In this document: in pieces, positions 12,801-27,350 of the stretch
Layout: every line of letters starts with the position of its first letter
Numbering within the stretch: position 1 is the stretch's first letter
Origin: the human T2T-CHM13v2.0 reference genome, Homo sapiens
Direction: 5' to 3' (one strand)
Assembly (NCBI RefSeq): GCF_009914755.1
Contig: NC_060935.1
DNA length: 64,000 nt
Position numbers and translations under genes: made by a program
The notes under the pieces: generated by a model
What the model saw: the letters and a program-made list of their open reading frames with translations, nothing else
What the model was told of the DNA's origin: nothing
Databases searched by the model: none

Positions 12801-13126
12801 GGAACATCAAAGTCAAATTCAATCTAGTATTACAAAAATAATGTGACATTTCTGTCAAATGGAATAAACACATCTATTCCACTTTTTGCCATTTTATATT
12901 AGTAAAAATAGAAATTATTCATATAAACTTCAATAAATTAGTTTTTCTTCTTATATGCACAGACTCTCTTACTACAAATTCTCTAGATGGAGGTTTCAAG
13001 TAGCCTAGTCTCATGTATTAGGGAGAGAACATGGTAGTAATTGGTTTAGGCACCTGCAGAAAGGAAGGTGGGGCATTAGGAGATGGCTTCTGAAGAACTG
13101 GGCATGTCCTTAAGAAAATATAATTA

Positions 13127-13484
<358 letters not shown>

Positions 13485-13510
13485 TCAGATTTATTTAAGT
13501 TCAACATGCC

Positions 13511-14189
<679 letters not shown>

Positions 14190-14389
14190 GTCATTGGAGA
14201 GAGATATATCTCATATATATATTTTAACATGTTTACATCATGTATATACACACACATATGAGTGAAAAATTTTTGAAAAGTCAGAAGCCTATTAGCATAA
14301 ATCACACCCTGACCTAGGAAGATAATCAACTGTCCTGAACTCAGAAAAGGTAGATATTGAAAACGACTCAGGCTATTGTGTTGCCTTCC

Positions 14390-14615
14390 ACGGCTGTGCA
14401 TGGGCTATGGGTCCAGAAGCCTTGAAGTCAAGCCTCGCTTTTATTAGCTCATCCTGGGCAACAGTTTAAATCCATTAACCTCAGATTCCTCTTTTATGAA
14501 ATAGGGAAAGAAGACTGTTCCTGACTTCTTCCCAGTTGCTGTGAGGATGAAATGGGATTTGAGTTTGGATAGTCCTTCCTTCAGAGGCTGCAAAGTGCTC
14601 AAAGTTAATTATTAT
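14390..14615 (+). mobile_element. MIR
   Basis: cctgggcaacagtttaa...ctcagattcctc...gttgctgtgaggatgaaatg. Confidence 0.65.
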
Positions 14616-14879
14616 TACCTTCTTAATTACCAGAGACACATATGTGACTTATAGATCTTTTGTCATTCTTATTTCTTCCTCTTCCTAATTTCCTTCAAAT
14701 GTTTCTATGTCTCAAGCGCCTAATGGCTTTCTCGGAAACTTGAAACATGTGTCAGTGCTACTTTTGTGAAAAGGAATAGGCTGGAAAAACCCAGGAAGGC
14801 ATTTCCAGCCCATGGGAGAGGCCATTGGATTGGGATTCTGGCAAGCAGGAATGGTTAGATTAGTCTTCATCATCCTTAG

Positions 14880-15100
14880 GGTGGTTTACAGCATGGGTTT
14901 GGAATCAGAAATATTTTGGAGTAAACCCTGGTGTCCCTCATTTTCCAACTGTGTGACCATGGAAAACCCGGGCCATAGTTCTGTTATATAGAAAATAGAG
15001 ATAACAATATTATTTCGTGGGGTTGTTATAAGGTTGAATTAATTAATGATGGTGCCTGGCATGTACTGACCACTCAATGCACATGGGCTATTGTTAACAG
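14880..15100 (+). mobile_element. MIR
   Basis: ctgtgtgacc...ggggttgttataagg...gtgcctggcatgta. Confidence 0.7.
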
Positions 15101-15689
15101 TTATTCTATCTCTGGGAGTTCTACCTCTCACAATCCTCTAGGAAGAACCAGGGAAGCCACCCTATAATTGCAACTGGCATTGCTTGTCCTTGTAATGTTT
15201 AAACATTACTTTTAATACTATGTTGAAATGTAAACACTGAAAGTGATTTGGGTTTGTTGTTGCCTTGCTAAAAGGATATACATCTTTCAGAAGCTTTTAA
15301 GCTCTCAAGTCACTCTTTCAGTCAAAGGCTGCCTCAACTTGAAATAATGAATTCCTTTATTCATTTACTTTGTCTTAATTGACAATAATAGCTACACTCT
15401 ATTTTATATTTGCCTTTTCCTCCCTTTTCTGTATGCCTTACTCGGTGCTGCAGACTTGGAATATTTTTAATATGTACTTTTTCCCTCCCAGCTTTCTACG
15501 CCTTTGTTCATTCTCTGCAAAATATGGAAACAACGGTCTTGGAGCCACTAACTGGACCTGTGGGACCTTTCAATGTTATCTTATCCTCTCTAGGTCTTAT
15601 TTCTTTCATCTGCAAACAAAGAGGAGGAACTGAATATTTTCTAAGGTTCCCGCTCAGACAGTTTAGAACTCAATTTATCTTGCACTTGC

Positions 15690-15965
15690 CATTCATTTAT
15701 TCAGTGAACAGGTATTGATTTCATACCATGCATAGATCCCCATTGCAGCAATTAATTTGCTGCAGTATAATTGTTTGCATCTCAGCACTGGGGAAACAGA
15801 TATAAAATGGCATAATCTCTGTCTTCAGGAGCTTACATTCTTTTAGGGGAGGTGCAAACAAACAATTTCACTGTAGTAATCTAACTACTGCAAGAGAGGC
15901 TTATGTAAGTTTCAGAAGAGAATATCAAAGTGGCCCTTGCCAGTGATGGGTCAGGGAAGGACATA
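15690..15965 (-). mobile_element. L2 3' fragment
   Basis: attcatttattca...tcaggagcttacattct. Confidence 0.6.
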
Positions 15966-16384
15966 GCCATTAAAATCATTTAAATAAGCAGGGAGAGATG
16001 TATTTAATGATTAATTCATGGTAGCCTTGCCCTCCAGAAGCTCTCAGTCTAATGCAGGAAATAGTGGGAGGGTCATCATTCAGTATGTCAAGCTCTGCGG
16101 TAGACGAATAAACAGTGCCATTCACACACAGAGGAATAAGTGACTAGTTGGTTCAAGTTACTATCCCTTTGAGCTATAAAACTGTTTGCTTCAAAATAAA
16201 CCTAGAGGAAATTATCCACAGGAATATAATTTAAAAATAAAATATATTAACTTGTGACGTGACTGTTGTTTGCTACGTGCTAGACAGTATGCCAAGCATG
16301 ACACAGTGGTACACAAGACATTTCTTCCAACATATGGTGTTAGGAGGGAAAACAAGAAATGAAACCTAAACTTGTCAAGAATTT

Positions 16385-16590
16385 AAAAGCAGAAATCCAG
16401 GCTTGTTGCCCTAGCTCCTCCACTTATTAACTGTGTGACCTAGAGAAAATCACTTGACCTCTCTACTCATCTCCCTGGTATGCAAACAGAGATGATAACA
16501 GGTACAAATGAGAGTTGTATAAGGGACAAGGTTCAAATAAAATAAGGGTTATGAAAGTGCTTTGTGGGCTGTTAAGGACTCTATTCATAT
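16385..16590 (+). mobile_element. MIR
   Basis: ccacttattaactgtgtgacctagagaaaatcacttgacctctct. Confidence 0.7.
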
Positions 16591-16679
16591 CAGTGATTAT
16601 ATAAGGGAAAAAGAAGGAATTGGTCGTCCTTAACCCGAGATGAGAAAATGCAGTTATTTCCACACATAATGACCCATGT

Positions 16680-17630
16680 ATCCTCAGGACTTCAAGGCCA
16701 CGTACATGCTGTTGGCTCCACAATCTATTTCCTGATTAATCTCCTTTTTCAAATGCTGACCAATCATAACTGTCTATTGAACTTCTCTACTTGGGCTTCT
16801 CCCCAGGTAGAGAAGAGAATTCTCCCCAATTCAACTTCTTCCCTTTTCCCCCTCACTTCAGATTTTCTCTGGCTCCCATATTTCTCTTCTCAGTAAATAG
16901 TTCCCAAATCAGAACCCTCTCGTCTCTCAGCCCCATGTTCCACTGGTTGTGAAGTCCTGGACAGTTCTCAAGTTATCCCCATGCTCACTTCCACTACTTG
17001 ATTCAGCAATCATCATCTCTCCTCTGAGCTATTACAATAGCTCCTTTAGTGTTGCCCCTGCCTTGAGACTTTATGCTCTCTCCTTTCCAATTCATCCATT
17101 CTACTATTCACAGAGTGATTCTTTACAATAATAACTAGATCATAGCACTCTTACCCTTAAAAGGCTTCAGTGACTCCTCATGGTGTGCTCTGATAGCTTA
17201 ATAATTTAAGCTATTAGGAGAAACATGAGATTCTTTGTGACCTGGATCATGTCTCCCTTCCCAGCCTCAGTTTACTAATTCCTTTTTTAACAAGCTACTA
17301 ATATTGAGCTTCCTATTTCTCTTCTCTGTACCTTTGCTCATGATATGCTATTGGCCTAGGAATCTCTTTTCCTTCTCTTTTACCAACAACTATTATTTAA
17401 ATCAAAGTTCACCTCAAGTATCACTTCCATGAAGGAATTCTTGGAAATACGTGCCAGGAAGGAAGGCTTATGTCCTTCTCCTTCACACACATTGTAGCTG
17501 TATATGCTTCTAACACCATGCTTGTCCCACTGCACTTAGTATGGCATGGACTAACTCTTACTCATCTCCATGCGCCAGCACGTAGCCCAGGGCCAGATAC
17601 ACAACGGCTGTTCAGCAATGTTCGAAATGG
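16680..17630 (+). mobile_element. L2 fragment
   Basis: Pyrimidine-rich L2 body (atccattct...cagagtgattcttt...aaaaggcttcagtgactcc). Confidence 0.65.
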
Positions 17631-19024
17631 CTGGTGGCTCTTCTGGATGCAAAGGAGCCCTCTTCTTGGAGTCAATAATTATATTTATGTATCTCTAGAA
17701 TTACAAGCTGAAAAATATTTGCTCCCCAAATAGCCAATTTTCTGATACTTGCAAAATAACAGGGCCTTAGAATTTTGAAGGGGAATGAAAGTAAAAGGGA
17801 AGAAGACAATGAGGGAGAAAAGGAAGGAAAAAAGGAAAAAAGGAAGAGAAGGAGGAGAGAGAGAAAGGGCAAAGGATAATGTGAACTGATGAAAATAGAA
17901 GTTATTCCTTTAACATCTAGACATATCAAGAACTCCTTGTAAAGAAGGTCTGGTAGACTCTTCAGTTGATCACAAGGGAGACCCTTTGAAAAGATGGACC
18001 CTTATCTAGATCTAGTGCTCTTGATTTTTTTCTAATGCCATAATACCAATTTTCATGTATTCCAACATTATCATAAGTAATTTCTTAAGTAGCTCTCCTG
18101 ATGATGTCATCTTGCCCAAATGTGCAGCTGTGGGTTGTCCTGTACATCTGAGTGGCATTACTAGATGAAGATCTGCAAAAAGAATATTCGAAAGGGAATG
18201 TGTTCTCATGTTTTGTAGTATTGAAAGAAGCCAGATGTTTGGATAACTTAGATCTCCTCCATCTAGAACTAAAGTAAGGATATGATTCTTTATGCTGATT
18301 TTGTGGTGTTCTTGTTTATTTTGTTTGATCCAAAGAAATTTTATAAAATCTCATTAGTCTCATGACTTCCTTGTCAATTGTCCCCAGTGACCTCTGGGAG
18401 TTCCTAAATAGTGCCTCCTGTGTGTCCACAGCCAGATGCAATCACAGCACTGAGCCCTCTCCATTTTTCTTCCTCCCCTGGATCCCACTCATATATGCAC
18501 ACTGCCAGTGGCTAAATTCTAACTAAAGAAGTAATAGTTCACAGAAATAGACTCTGATGTCTACAGAGAGAACAATGAACAAAATTAATCATTATGATCC
18601 TGTTTTTATGTTTATTGTGGAAGATTATCCTTTGTTAGCTTTTATCTTGGCTGCTGGTGCCAATGTAGGAACATGGCTGTTATAATAAAAACCAAGCCTT
18701 CTTGTAAGACTTCAAGCACATTATCAGCTACGGATGGTACTGATGACTCCAAAGGAGGCAGTAGACATTTGTGGAAACAAAAGATGATTGGGTCTGTCAG
18801 AGGAAGTATAAAAGTAACCCAGATTACTCACACTAAGCTAATTGTCCTGCTCTGGTACATACATTAGTTTTAATTTTGTCACTTGTGTAGACAGATACAA
18901 TTATGCTGGTCAGCTATTTGCTTGTATTTCAAGGATAATGGATCTATTTCCTCCTTCAGAATGAGTGCGATAAGTTGTTGACTAAAAATTGCTGGCATTA
19001 CTCTTAATTTGGGTTTTAGGCTTA

Positions 19025-19220
19025 ACAGCAGCATTAGGAGAGATTGAGGTTAGACATTAAGAAACATTCTCACTGGCAGTACTGGAGAAATCTCTATCTC
19101 TGCTGATGTTAAAACGGTTCAGAAATTCTCACCTATCCAAGATAGAGTAAGAAGTTTCTTGCAAAAGGCTAGACTATGCTATTTCTGAACGTTTCCTCTG
19201 ACATTGGGACTTTATGATAT
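19025..19220 (+). mobile_element. L3/CR1 3' fragment
   Basis: gagagattgaggttagacattaagaaacattct. Confidence 0.55.
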
Positions 19221-19239
19221 TGAGGGGTGGGGTATCTTT

Positions 19240-20400
19240 TATCCATTCATCCATCTATCTATCCATTCATCATTTATTAAACTCTCTGCAAGTTGAAGAT
19301 TTCGTGTTTTTCAATAGGGAATTAATAAATGAAAAATAAAATTTTTGCCGTTGGGGAACTCATAGTCTAGTTGTAGGAAATAGACATATAAACAGAGCTA
19401 GACATATAGGAGTTAGCCAGGTAACTAGGTGAGTAGTGAGAAGGGAGGACATTTCAGGCAGAGTAGTGGTATATGCATGGAGGTATCAAAGCTCGAGGAT
19501 AGAGCACACACCAGTTGATGCATAGCCAGACCTAGGGTCTATGCCATTGAGTTGTAAAAGGTGGGTTATGGGATGTTAGCAAGGACTAGATGATGGACAC
19601 CCTTTGTTTGACTTTGTGGCAGGCCTGTGAGCAGGCTGCTCAGTTCTCCCTCCAAAAAATAGCCTGCTGCAAAGACTATTAACTCACTGAGAGCCACTGA
19701 CTGTAACACTTTTTGATTCTTATGGAGTTCGTACTCTCCCGGACATGCTCCCAGCCAATGTCTGGCATAGTGGGGGTATCAGAGCTGGGCCATTGCTACT
19801 TCACATAGGACTTCTCTAACAGGCAATGTTTGCCCTGAGGCTTCCCAGTTAAAATGGCCACAACTTTCTCAGAACAGCCTGTGAGAGTGTCTTTGGCACT
19901 TCTCACTCAACACTTTCTCCTTTCCTTTCCCCCTGCATAGTGTCAGGACTGCACTATGATCTGATGCTCTTCCCACTAGTGCCTGCTCTCTCTTCCCCTT
20001 CTCCCTCGCAGGCATTTCCCTCCACAAATCTTGTATATTTGTCATTCTATCTTGGTGTCTACTTCCTGGAGAAGCTAAACTGGCATAGATTCAGTAACGT
20101 GTTTGGATTTTGAGCTGAAGGCAATGAGAAGACACTGAAGGGTTTTGCACAGGAAGACTGAGTGTTGAAACCTTTGTTACAGAAAGATTGTCGCTATAGT
20201 GTGGAGGACTGATTTAGGAAGAATGAGACTTGAGGCAGGGATACCCATTGAGAAGTGAGAAAAAAATATTTGAAATGGAGCAAAAGCAGAGAGCAGCGTG
20301 GGAAGGAGGTTAGAAGAGATGAATAAGGAGGTAGAAACAACAGGGATTGGTGATGCACTGGTTGTCAACTGCAATAGAGGGAGAGTAGAAGATGATGGGG
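19240..20400 (-). mobile_element. L2, split by LTR16
   Basis: atccattcatcatttatt end; resumes tttggatttt...ctgaagggtttt after 20088. Confidence 0.65.
19615..20087 (+). mobile_element. LTR16-family solo LTR (ERVL)
   Basis: tgtggcagg start, ctcccagccaatg, caggcatttccc...atcttggtgtctacttcctggagaa end. Confidence 0.75.
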
Positions 20401-20409
20401 GCATATCAA

Positions 20410-21310
20410 TGGTTAAGCATGCCATGTGCCTGGCCTTGAGGAATTCTTGGGATGTGGTTTGCTACTGGAGAATCCTCACATGAGTGTAGAGAGGGGAAGG
20501 CGGCAATTTCCTGTGCTCCTTATGCTATATTTCCCCTCCACCAGGATGGACACTCCAGCTAAGGAGAGCACCAATGAGGTCCCCGCCTCTCAGGAACTAG
20601 GCTGAAGGTTTGGGGAAACTGAGGCCTCAGTTGGTTGAGTAACACTCAGTGGTTGACAGAAAGAGAGGTGCCTGAGGCAGTGGTGGTGTCAGCCTGTCTA
20701 ACATAAGGTATATAAGGCTGTAGGAATCTGTATTAGTTTGCTAGAGCTGCTATAACAAAAGAACCCCAAATTGGGTGCCTTAAAGAACAGAAATGTATTG
20801 TTTCAGAGTTCTGTAGGCTGCAAGTCTGAAATCAAGGTGTCAGCAGGGCCATGGTCTCCTCACTGGAGACTCTAGAGAAGAATCTGTTTCTTACCCTTTC
20901 TTAGCTTCTGCTGTCATCACATGGCATTCTCCCTGTGTGTCTTCACATCTTCCCTCTGTGTGTGTCTTTCTTTGTGTCTCTTCTCCTCTTCTTATAGGAA
21001 CACCAGTCATATTCGATTATAGGCTGACCCTCTTCTAGTATGACCTCATCTTAATTATCTGCAATGACCCTTTTTCCAGATAAGGTCACATTCTAAGTTC
21101 TAGAATAACATAAATTTGAGGGTCACTATTCAACCAAGTTCAGAAGCCCCAAGTGAAAACTTAGCAAATCCTTGAACGCTTTACTATACTAACATTACCT
21201 TATGAAATTGTGAAAACTACTTTTACCAAGCCTAACTAGATCTAAAATCTGGTTCTGGCTGCAATTTCTTCCTACACCATCAGTGTAGCATGTATATCTT
21301 TGTAACCAGT
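20410..21310 (+). mobile_element. Possible ancient LTR (MamGyp-like), split by MLT1C
   Basis: TATA-like ggtatataaggctg and an LTR-like 3' part ttttaccaagcctaactag...cctacaccatcagtgtag; family is uncertain. Confidence 0.3.
20729..21142 (-). mobile_element. MLT1C-like solo LTR
   Basis: tgtattagttt...gtctgaaatcaaggtgtcagcagggcc...taaggtcacattct; TSD gaatc/gaagc. Confidence 0.85.
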
Positions 21311-21744
21311 CTGGGGCCCACATAAGAATTTCTCTACAAGGTGCAAGAGGCTGGAGTCAGGCATCAGCTCAGGTGTTGGAGGATCTTCTCTCAATTTATC
21401 CAGAATTTCTGTCAAGTTTTCCATCACTCTGTTTCCCTCAACCTTGGCCAAGGCCTAGGGGCTTAGGGAGTGTTAAATTAACCTTTGAGCCTCTTACTGG
21501 TCTTTGGATATTTATTTCCTTTCCTAGTTGTTAGAAAGCATCCTGCCTTACTTGATCAAGCATTGGTATTGCTATATAAAGGAGAACTTTGATAATTTAG
21601 AGAATATCTCCTTTTTGTTTTCTCCCAGAAAACCCAAGTGTCAAGATTATTGTCTCATTGTGAACTTAAACAATCCAGAGTTGAAACTCCAAGTTGAGCT
21701 GTGATGCCTTTGTCCCTGGCAATATCAGTCCTTGGGAAAGATAC

Positions 21745-22147
21745 CAGTACAGCTATGTTAGCATCCAGTCTCCACCACCTTCTTTGTCACCTCTATTTTA
21801 GGAGTAAGATGAGCTAACTGTTTAAATTCCCTGTCTTTCAGCCATAGGTAGCTAAGGGATTCAGTTTAGGTTACAAACATCTAGGTGGAAGTTCGCTGGG
21901 GTATTTTAGGAAAGCTCTTGCTTTCCCTAATAAAAAAGAAAAAAAAAGAGGTGGGGACATCTCCTTCCCACTTCCTTCCATGCTTTCTGGATTAAATAGA
22001 GATGGGATGCTTAATGCTAAGGAAGCTGTCCTAGCACACTGAAGAAGAGATTAATGTTGACATTACTGAACCAATGTGAGAAAACAATCAACCTCTAAGT
22101 CATAAGTCACAGATAATTAAGAGGTGTGGCAAATTAATACCTAATTG
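21745..22147 (+). mobile_element. Old MLT1 (K/L-type) LTR remnant
   Basis: ggaaagctcttgctttccctaataaaaa...ttccttcc...gacattactga. Confidence 0.45.
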
Positions 22148-22690
22148 TCCTGTTGCTGAGGAAATGAATAAAGCTGATTCAATGGTGGTGACTTCCAAGC
22201 AAAACAACCTAACAAAAACTACCTTGGCATCACATCTTCAAATTAGGATCTGAACTCTTATCACTTGTAAGTAGGTATCTTAGCCAACACTGGACCCTAC
22301 GATTTTTAAAAATTTGATACAAATCTGAGTCCAGATAAGTGTAAACAGAACAGAGAATGTTAAGTAAAATTTAAAGTTTTGAGCCTATAGAAGTAAAGAA
22401 TTGCATTTACTTCTAGGACAAAGGTTGTTTTTCTTTCCTTTTTTTCTTTTTCTGCTTTAGGATAAATTATCACAATGAACCAGGCTTAACACTGGGCTTC
22501 CCCAAGGTAGGTATTACATAAAAACCTGTTAAATAAAAAATAGACCCTGTAGCAATGCAAATGTGAGGTAGTTGCCCACCCTTTGTCTTGGGACAGCATG
22601 AAGCTATCATTAAACCCTAAGGCAGCTGTTACATTTGAGATCATAAATTCTTTCTTTAAGCTGGAGCTGTGTTTCGAAGCTGCTCACCTC

Positions 22691-22999
22691 TTTTCTTCTT
22701 TTTTTTTTTTTAAGAGATCAGTTCTTCCTCTGTTACCCAGGCTAAATAAAATGCAATGGTGTGATCACAGCTTATTACAGCCTCAATCTCCTGACTCAAG
22801 TTATTTTCTTGCCTCAGCCTCCCAAGTAGCTGGGACTACAGGTATGTGCCAGTGTGCCCATCTAATTTTTAAAGTATTTTGTCGAGACAGGATCTCACTA
22901 TGTTGCCCAGGCTGGTCTCAAACTCCTGGCCTCAAATGATTTTCCTGCCTCAGCCTCCCAAAGTGTTGGGATTACAAGCATAAGCTACAGTGTCTAGCC
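22691..22999 (-). mobile_element. AluJ
   Basis: J diagnostics gatcacagct, cagcctcaa and tgttgcccaggctgg. Confidence 0.92.
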
Positions 23000-23547
23000 T
23001 TATTTTATCCTTTCTCTTGTAAAATTCTTGAAGGAGATGAGGAGTAGAGAGGAGAAGTGCAAGGCCTGGGGCAGACTCGGAGAGAGTTAAGGTGGTCTTG
23101 GTGTCAAAGCATAGCACAGAACCGAAGAGGGGGCCTTCATATTCCCTCTGAGCAGAGTCTGACACCTATCTAACATAACTGGAATTGGTATCTTTAGAAA
23201 GAAAAGAACTCTTTTGGTGGAATCCCAGGTAATATGATTAGGGATATCCTCAACAGTAGCAATAGGGAGACTCTTTTAGCTGGCTTCCAGGGAAGGAAGA
23301 ATGTATTGGATGTCACTCGTCTCATTGTGACAGGAGGATTGGTTTGTGAGCATAAACTCTTGTGAAGCTCAGGAGCTCCCCCAAACAACGAGGGAATGCT
23401 TTACAGAGTAGATTGGCGTCTGGTTGTCCCATTGCTGGAGGCTTTATAATTTAAACTATCCCTATAGAGGTGACCTTGCTTTTTGCCCCAGGAGCATAAC
23501 TATTAAAATAACAATTGGGAAACATAAGTGATATTTTAAGACTTTCT

Positions 23548-23783
23548 AGTAGTGGGTTATAATAATGGTCCTGATTTTTTACACTTCTTTGTAAGCATAA
23601 CTTTTGCTTATGTAACTTGGCATGGCCCTCCCCCTAGATCAGCCACCAGCTGGTCAACCCTTAGACAGTGGATTCATCTAGTCAACCCCGTATAATTTTG
23701 ATATGTGAAAACACTGTTGCATGCCACTGGGTTTTAAAGGTTGTTTGTTATGCAGCAGTATAAGGCAATTGATAACTAGCACA
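23548..23783 (+). mobile_element. MLT1H-like LTR with a large internal deletion
   Basis: 5' end gtagtgggttata joined near 23632 to 3' end ctagatcagcc...atgccactg...ttgtttgttatgcagca. Confidence 0.65.
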
Positions 23784-24254
23784 TTCTTTAAAATGAGTGA
23801 TATTAGGAATGTCACTGAGTCTCAGTTTTGTACTTTTTTAATCTATAAAATAATTATAACAAGACCTATCCCACCAGAATATTTTGAGTATTAAATAAGG
23901 TGACTCAGCATGTAAGATATGGTTATTTCCTGGAAACACCAAAGACTAAGTATGTGGATTTTAAGATCGCATTATAGGACAGTCATCCACATCTCAGTCC
24001 CAGGGATCACGTTCCAAATAATATTTCTGTATCCCAAGCGTTGTGGATGTGCTGCACATGGGCTACCTTTCAGTGCATTCCAAGCTTCAGAGGGTGACAC
24101 TAATAGAGATTTTCTCAAATTAAATTCTAGTGTAAACTAAGTGTTTGCAGAATTCATGTTACCAATGGGTGAGGCAAAGAAACCAGGAGGTGAAATATCA
24201 CCTTTATGATATCGATTGGAAAAGACTTCATGGAAAAGGTGACAAAGTAGAGAA

Positions 24255-24465
24255 ACAGTGGAAATGGCATAAGCTTTAGAGGTGGGAGGCATTCAGTCAA
24301 AATCTGGGCTCATTTGCTAGCTATGGAACTTTAACAGGTTATCGAATCTCAGTGAGCTGTGGTTTTTCTACCTTATAAACGGGAATAAAAATAAGCATGT
24401 TGTAAAATGGTTAAGAATATTAAAGGTAATGCATGCATTTAAGCCATCTAAGATAAAGTAGGCCC
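24255..24465 (+). mobile_element. MIR
   Basis: tttgctagctatggaactttaacaggttat core. Confidence 0.55.
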
Positions 24466-25185
24466 TCTTGCATCTACATGTCAAAAACCTTGCCCCTTTT
24501 ACTTGGTCTTGGAGCATAAAGACGTGGGGAACAGAAAGCCAACTAACATTAATAATTTTAGGTGCTGAACTATGAAAGCGAATTTGGATAAAGAAAGCAG
24601 CAAAAAACTTAGTCTTTTTTGTGTGTCAGTTTTAACGGACAGAATTTTTTTCTTTTGTTTTGTCTTACACTTTATTTAGATACAAGGTGTCCCAGAACAA
24701 AAGCTGGACGTTATTTTTAAATGTGCAAAACAATGATATGATTGGTATTCTATATTATCGTTATCACGTTGCCAAACACGTGAAAATTTTAGTATCAACT
24801 ATCTGCTTTTCACGTATGTCTACTGCAATGCTGCAGTCTGACCCTGCTTTAAGTGTCTTTGCAGCGTTGACTCTAAATGTTAAATATGATGCTTTACATT
24901 TGTATAGCACTTAATAACTTAGGAAACTCTTTTCCAGATATTATTTAATTTTTGACCTCCTCAACAACTCAATTGAATAGCAATTCTTATCCACAAATTG
25001 AAGATGGGGAACAGGCTTTGTGTAATTAAATGGTGAGCCCAAAGTCACAAAATTAGTAAATACTGATCTAAACCACAAAGTGGTAAAGAAGATGTCAGGC
25101 ATTCCCTGAGACCTTTTATATGTCTATTGCTATGTTAGGTTCTTTACTTTTAACTTCTTTAATAATCACAAAACACACAATCTTC

Positions 25186-25792
25186 TGTGGCAGACCAACT
25201 GGGTACCTCTTTATTAGTCACTGTCCCATCCTCCGGTCTGGCTCATGGAACTTACATTTTCTTTTCATATGTACGTTGAATTGTGTTTAAGAAAGAGGGG
25301 CTCCAAACCTAGCCTTAGAAGACAATTTATGGGCAGTCCAAACTGACCACGATGACCCACTGTTCTTTCTAGTGACTGGTGCGGAGATGGGCATAAGGTC
25401 CAGCTTAGCCAAAGATTTAAAAGAAGAGTTTTCTGGAAGTTTTGGAAAAGACACACTCCCCTTCTCCCCCAGTACCAATCTAATAAAAAGAGAGCAAAAG
25501 ATACATAAGGAGAGCCCCCAGCTCCATCTTTCCTGCTGTGGGTGTTACCATATGAGGGTCTGAGTTTGGAGCCATGACAGCCATTTCAATCATGAAGAGA
25601 AATTAAAGCAAAGCAAAACAAAACAGAGAAGCTGAGCGACAGCCTTATACCTTTGAGCTACACAATGAGTCAATGTGGAAAAGCCGACTTTCGGATTTCT
25701 TATTATGTGAGTTAATTAAAAGTTTTTATTGCCAAAGGCACTTTTAGTCACATATTCTATCACCTGCTCTTGAAATAATCCTAGATGATTCA
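25186..25792 (+). mobile_element. Old MLT1 (K/L-type) LTR
   Basis: tgtggcagac start; ttggagccatgacagccatt; ttcttattatgtgag 3' region. Confidence 0.55.
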
Positions 25793-26004
25793 GCCTTACA
25801 AATAGGCATTGTGATCACTGTTGATAAAACTGATAAAACTGAGGAACAAAGAGTTTAAGTAGTCCAAGTGCACTAATGCAGAAAGTGGCAGATTTGACAT
25901 TTGAACTTTAATGTGTCTGACTTGGGCCACAAGGTAAAATTGCCTAATTTATACTTTGGCCTGATAATGACTGTCTTTATTTTGTGCCTCTCAATGCTGG
26001 GGAA

Positions 26005-26245
26005 AGCAATGAGGAGAGGTGGGAAGAGTAGAGGACTCAGAAGTAAAAATTCAGACTTCAAGTTCTAGTTTTACCGTTTTGGGAGAGTGTTACTTTGGGC
26101 AAGTCTCTTGATCTCTCTAAGACTCAGTTTTTTTCATCCATCACATGAGGATGATAACCTCTGGCCTATTTCCTTCCAGGGCTATGGTGAAGATGACAAG
26201 AGAGAAGGTATGTGGAAATCTCTCTCTACTGTAGAGGATAAAAGA
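26005..26245 (+). mobile_element. MIR (MIRc-like)
   Basis: actttgggcaagtctcttgatctctctaagactcagttt. Confidence 0.7.
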
Positions 26246-27097
26246 TTCTTATTATTAGAGAAGATGTCCTCAGGGCAGACATGGTCTCCTTGTGATGTAC
26301 AGTAGAGACTAAGGATACTAATGGCCCCTAACATGAGTATTATAATAATGTTATTGCTTTTGATAAATTTATAATTTGTAAGTTGTAAATTCAAACATTC
26401 TCCCCTCTGAATGCCATTCTGAAGGTTAATGAATGAAATACCTGATTTTTCAAATCCCAAGAGTTGGTGTTAATTGGAAGCAAACACACACCTTCAGGTT
26501 TGATCTCTCATAACAAGACAGTCAGATAACTTAACCTCAAAGCAATTCATTACTGCACCACTCAGAGTTCTGGGAAGACGGTAGACATTTCAAAGGATTT
26601 AGATGTGTGTGCGTGCTTGCCCCACCCATTCTCTTTGCAAAAATAGTAAACCAGAAGCAAGAAGAGGACCAAGGGAAATTTAAGGGAATAAGATAGAGAA
26701 GTTTTAAATAACTCGAAATATTAAATCCATAGGATCTAATTAGAAAACAGCCCTGGAGGTTGCCAGCATTTGCTAGTTATCCATGATAGAATATTTTGCA
26801 ATATTTAAAAATCATTACCTGAAAGGTGATTTAAAGGTACAGGACAGTACACTCAGGGTCATGTGGAGAGATAATGATACAATAGAATGTAGAAGCCATA
26901 TGATTCCAAAGGAATAAGATGTGTCTGTCATACACATACATACCTGAAAGGAACTATGAATTTTGGCTTCCTGAGAGAGGGACTTCAAATTCAAAGTCAC
27001 ATACAATTTTTTTTTAAACAAAAACTTTGTGTTTGCATCTCTTCCCTCAAGGTTATAGGAAAAGGACATAGTTTTCACAGTATGCTTTTATAAGGTT

Positions 27098-27350
27098 CTC
27101 CATTTATTCTGTGCTTACTGTATGCAGGCAGTGTTCTAAGCATTTTACATATACTTGCTTCCATTTAGTTCTTACAATAATCCTGTGAGGCAAGTATTAT
27201 GATCACTCCCATGTTAAAGATGGGAAAATTGAGGATCACAAAGATTAAGGAAGTTGTCTCAGAGGGCCCAGCTGGTAAATGAGGGAGTCTGGAGCAGAAA
27301 CTTAGCTGACTCTGGAACCAGTTCCATACCACATTTAAACATCCTCTATG
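27098..27350 (-). mobile_element. MIR
   Basis: Near-complete antisense MIR: gtgttctaagcatttta...gatgggaaaattgagg. Confidence 0.82.
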
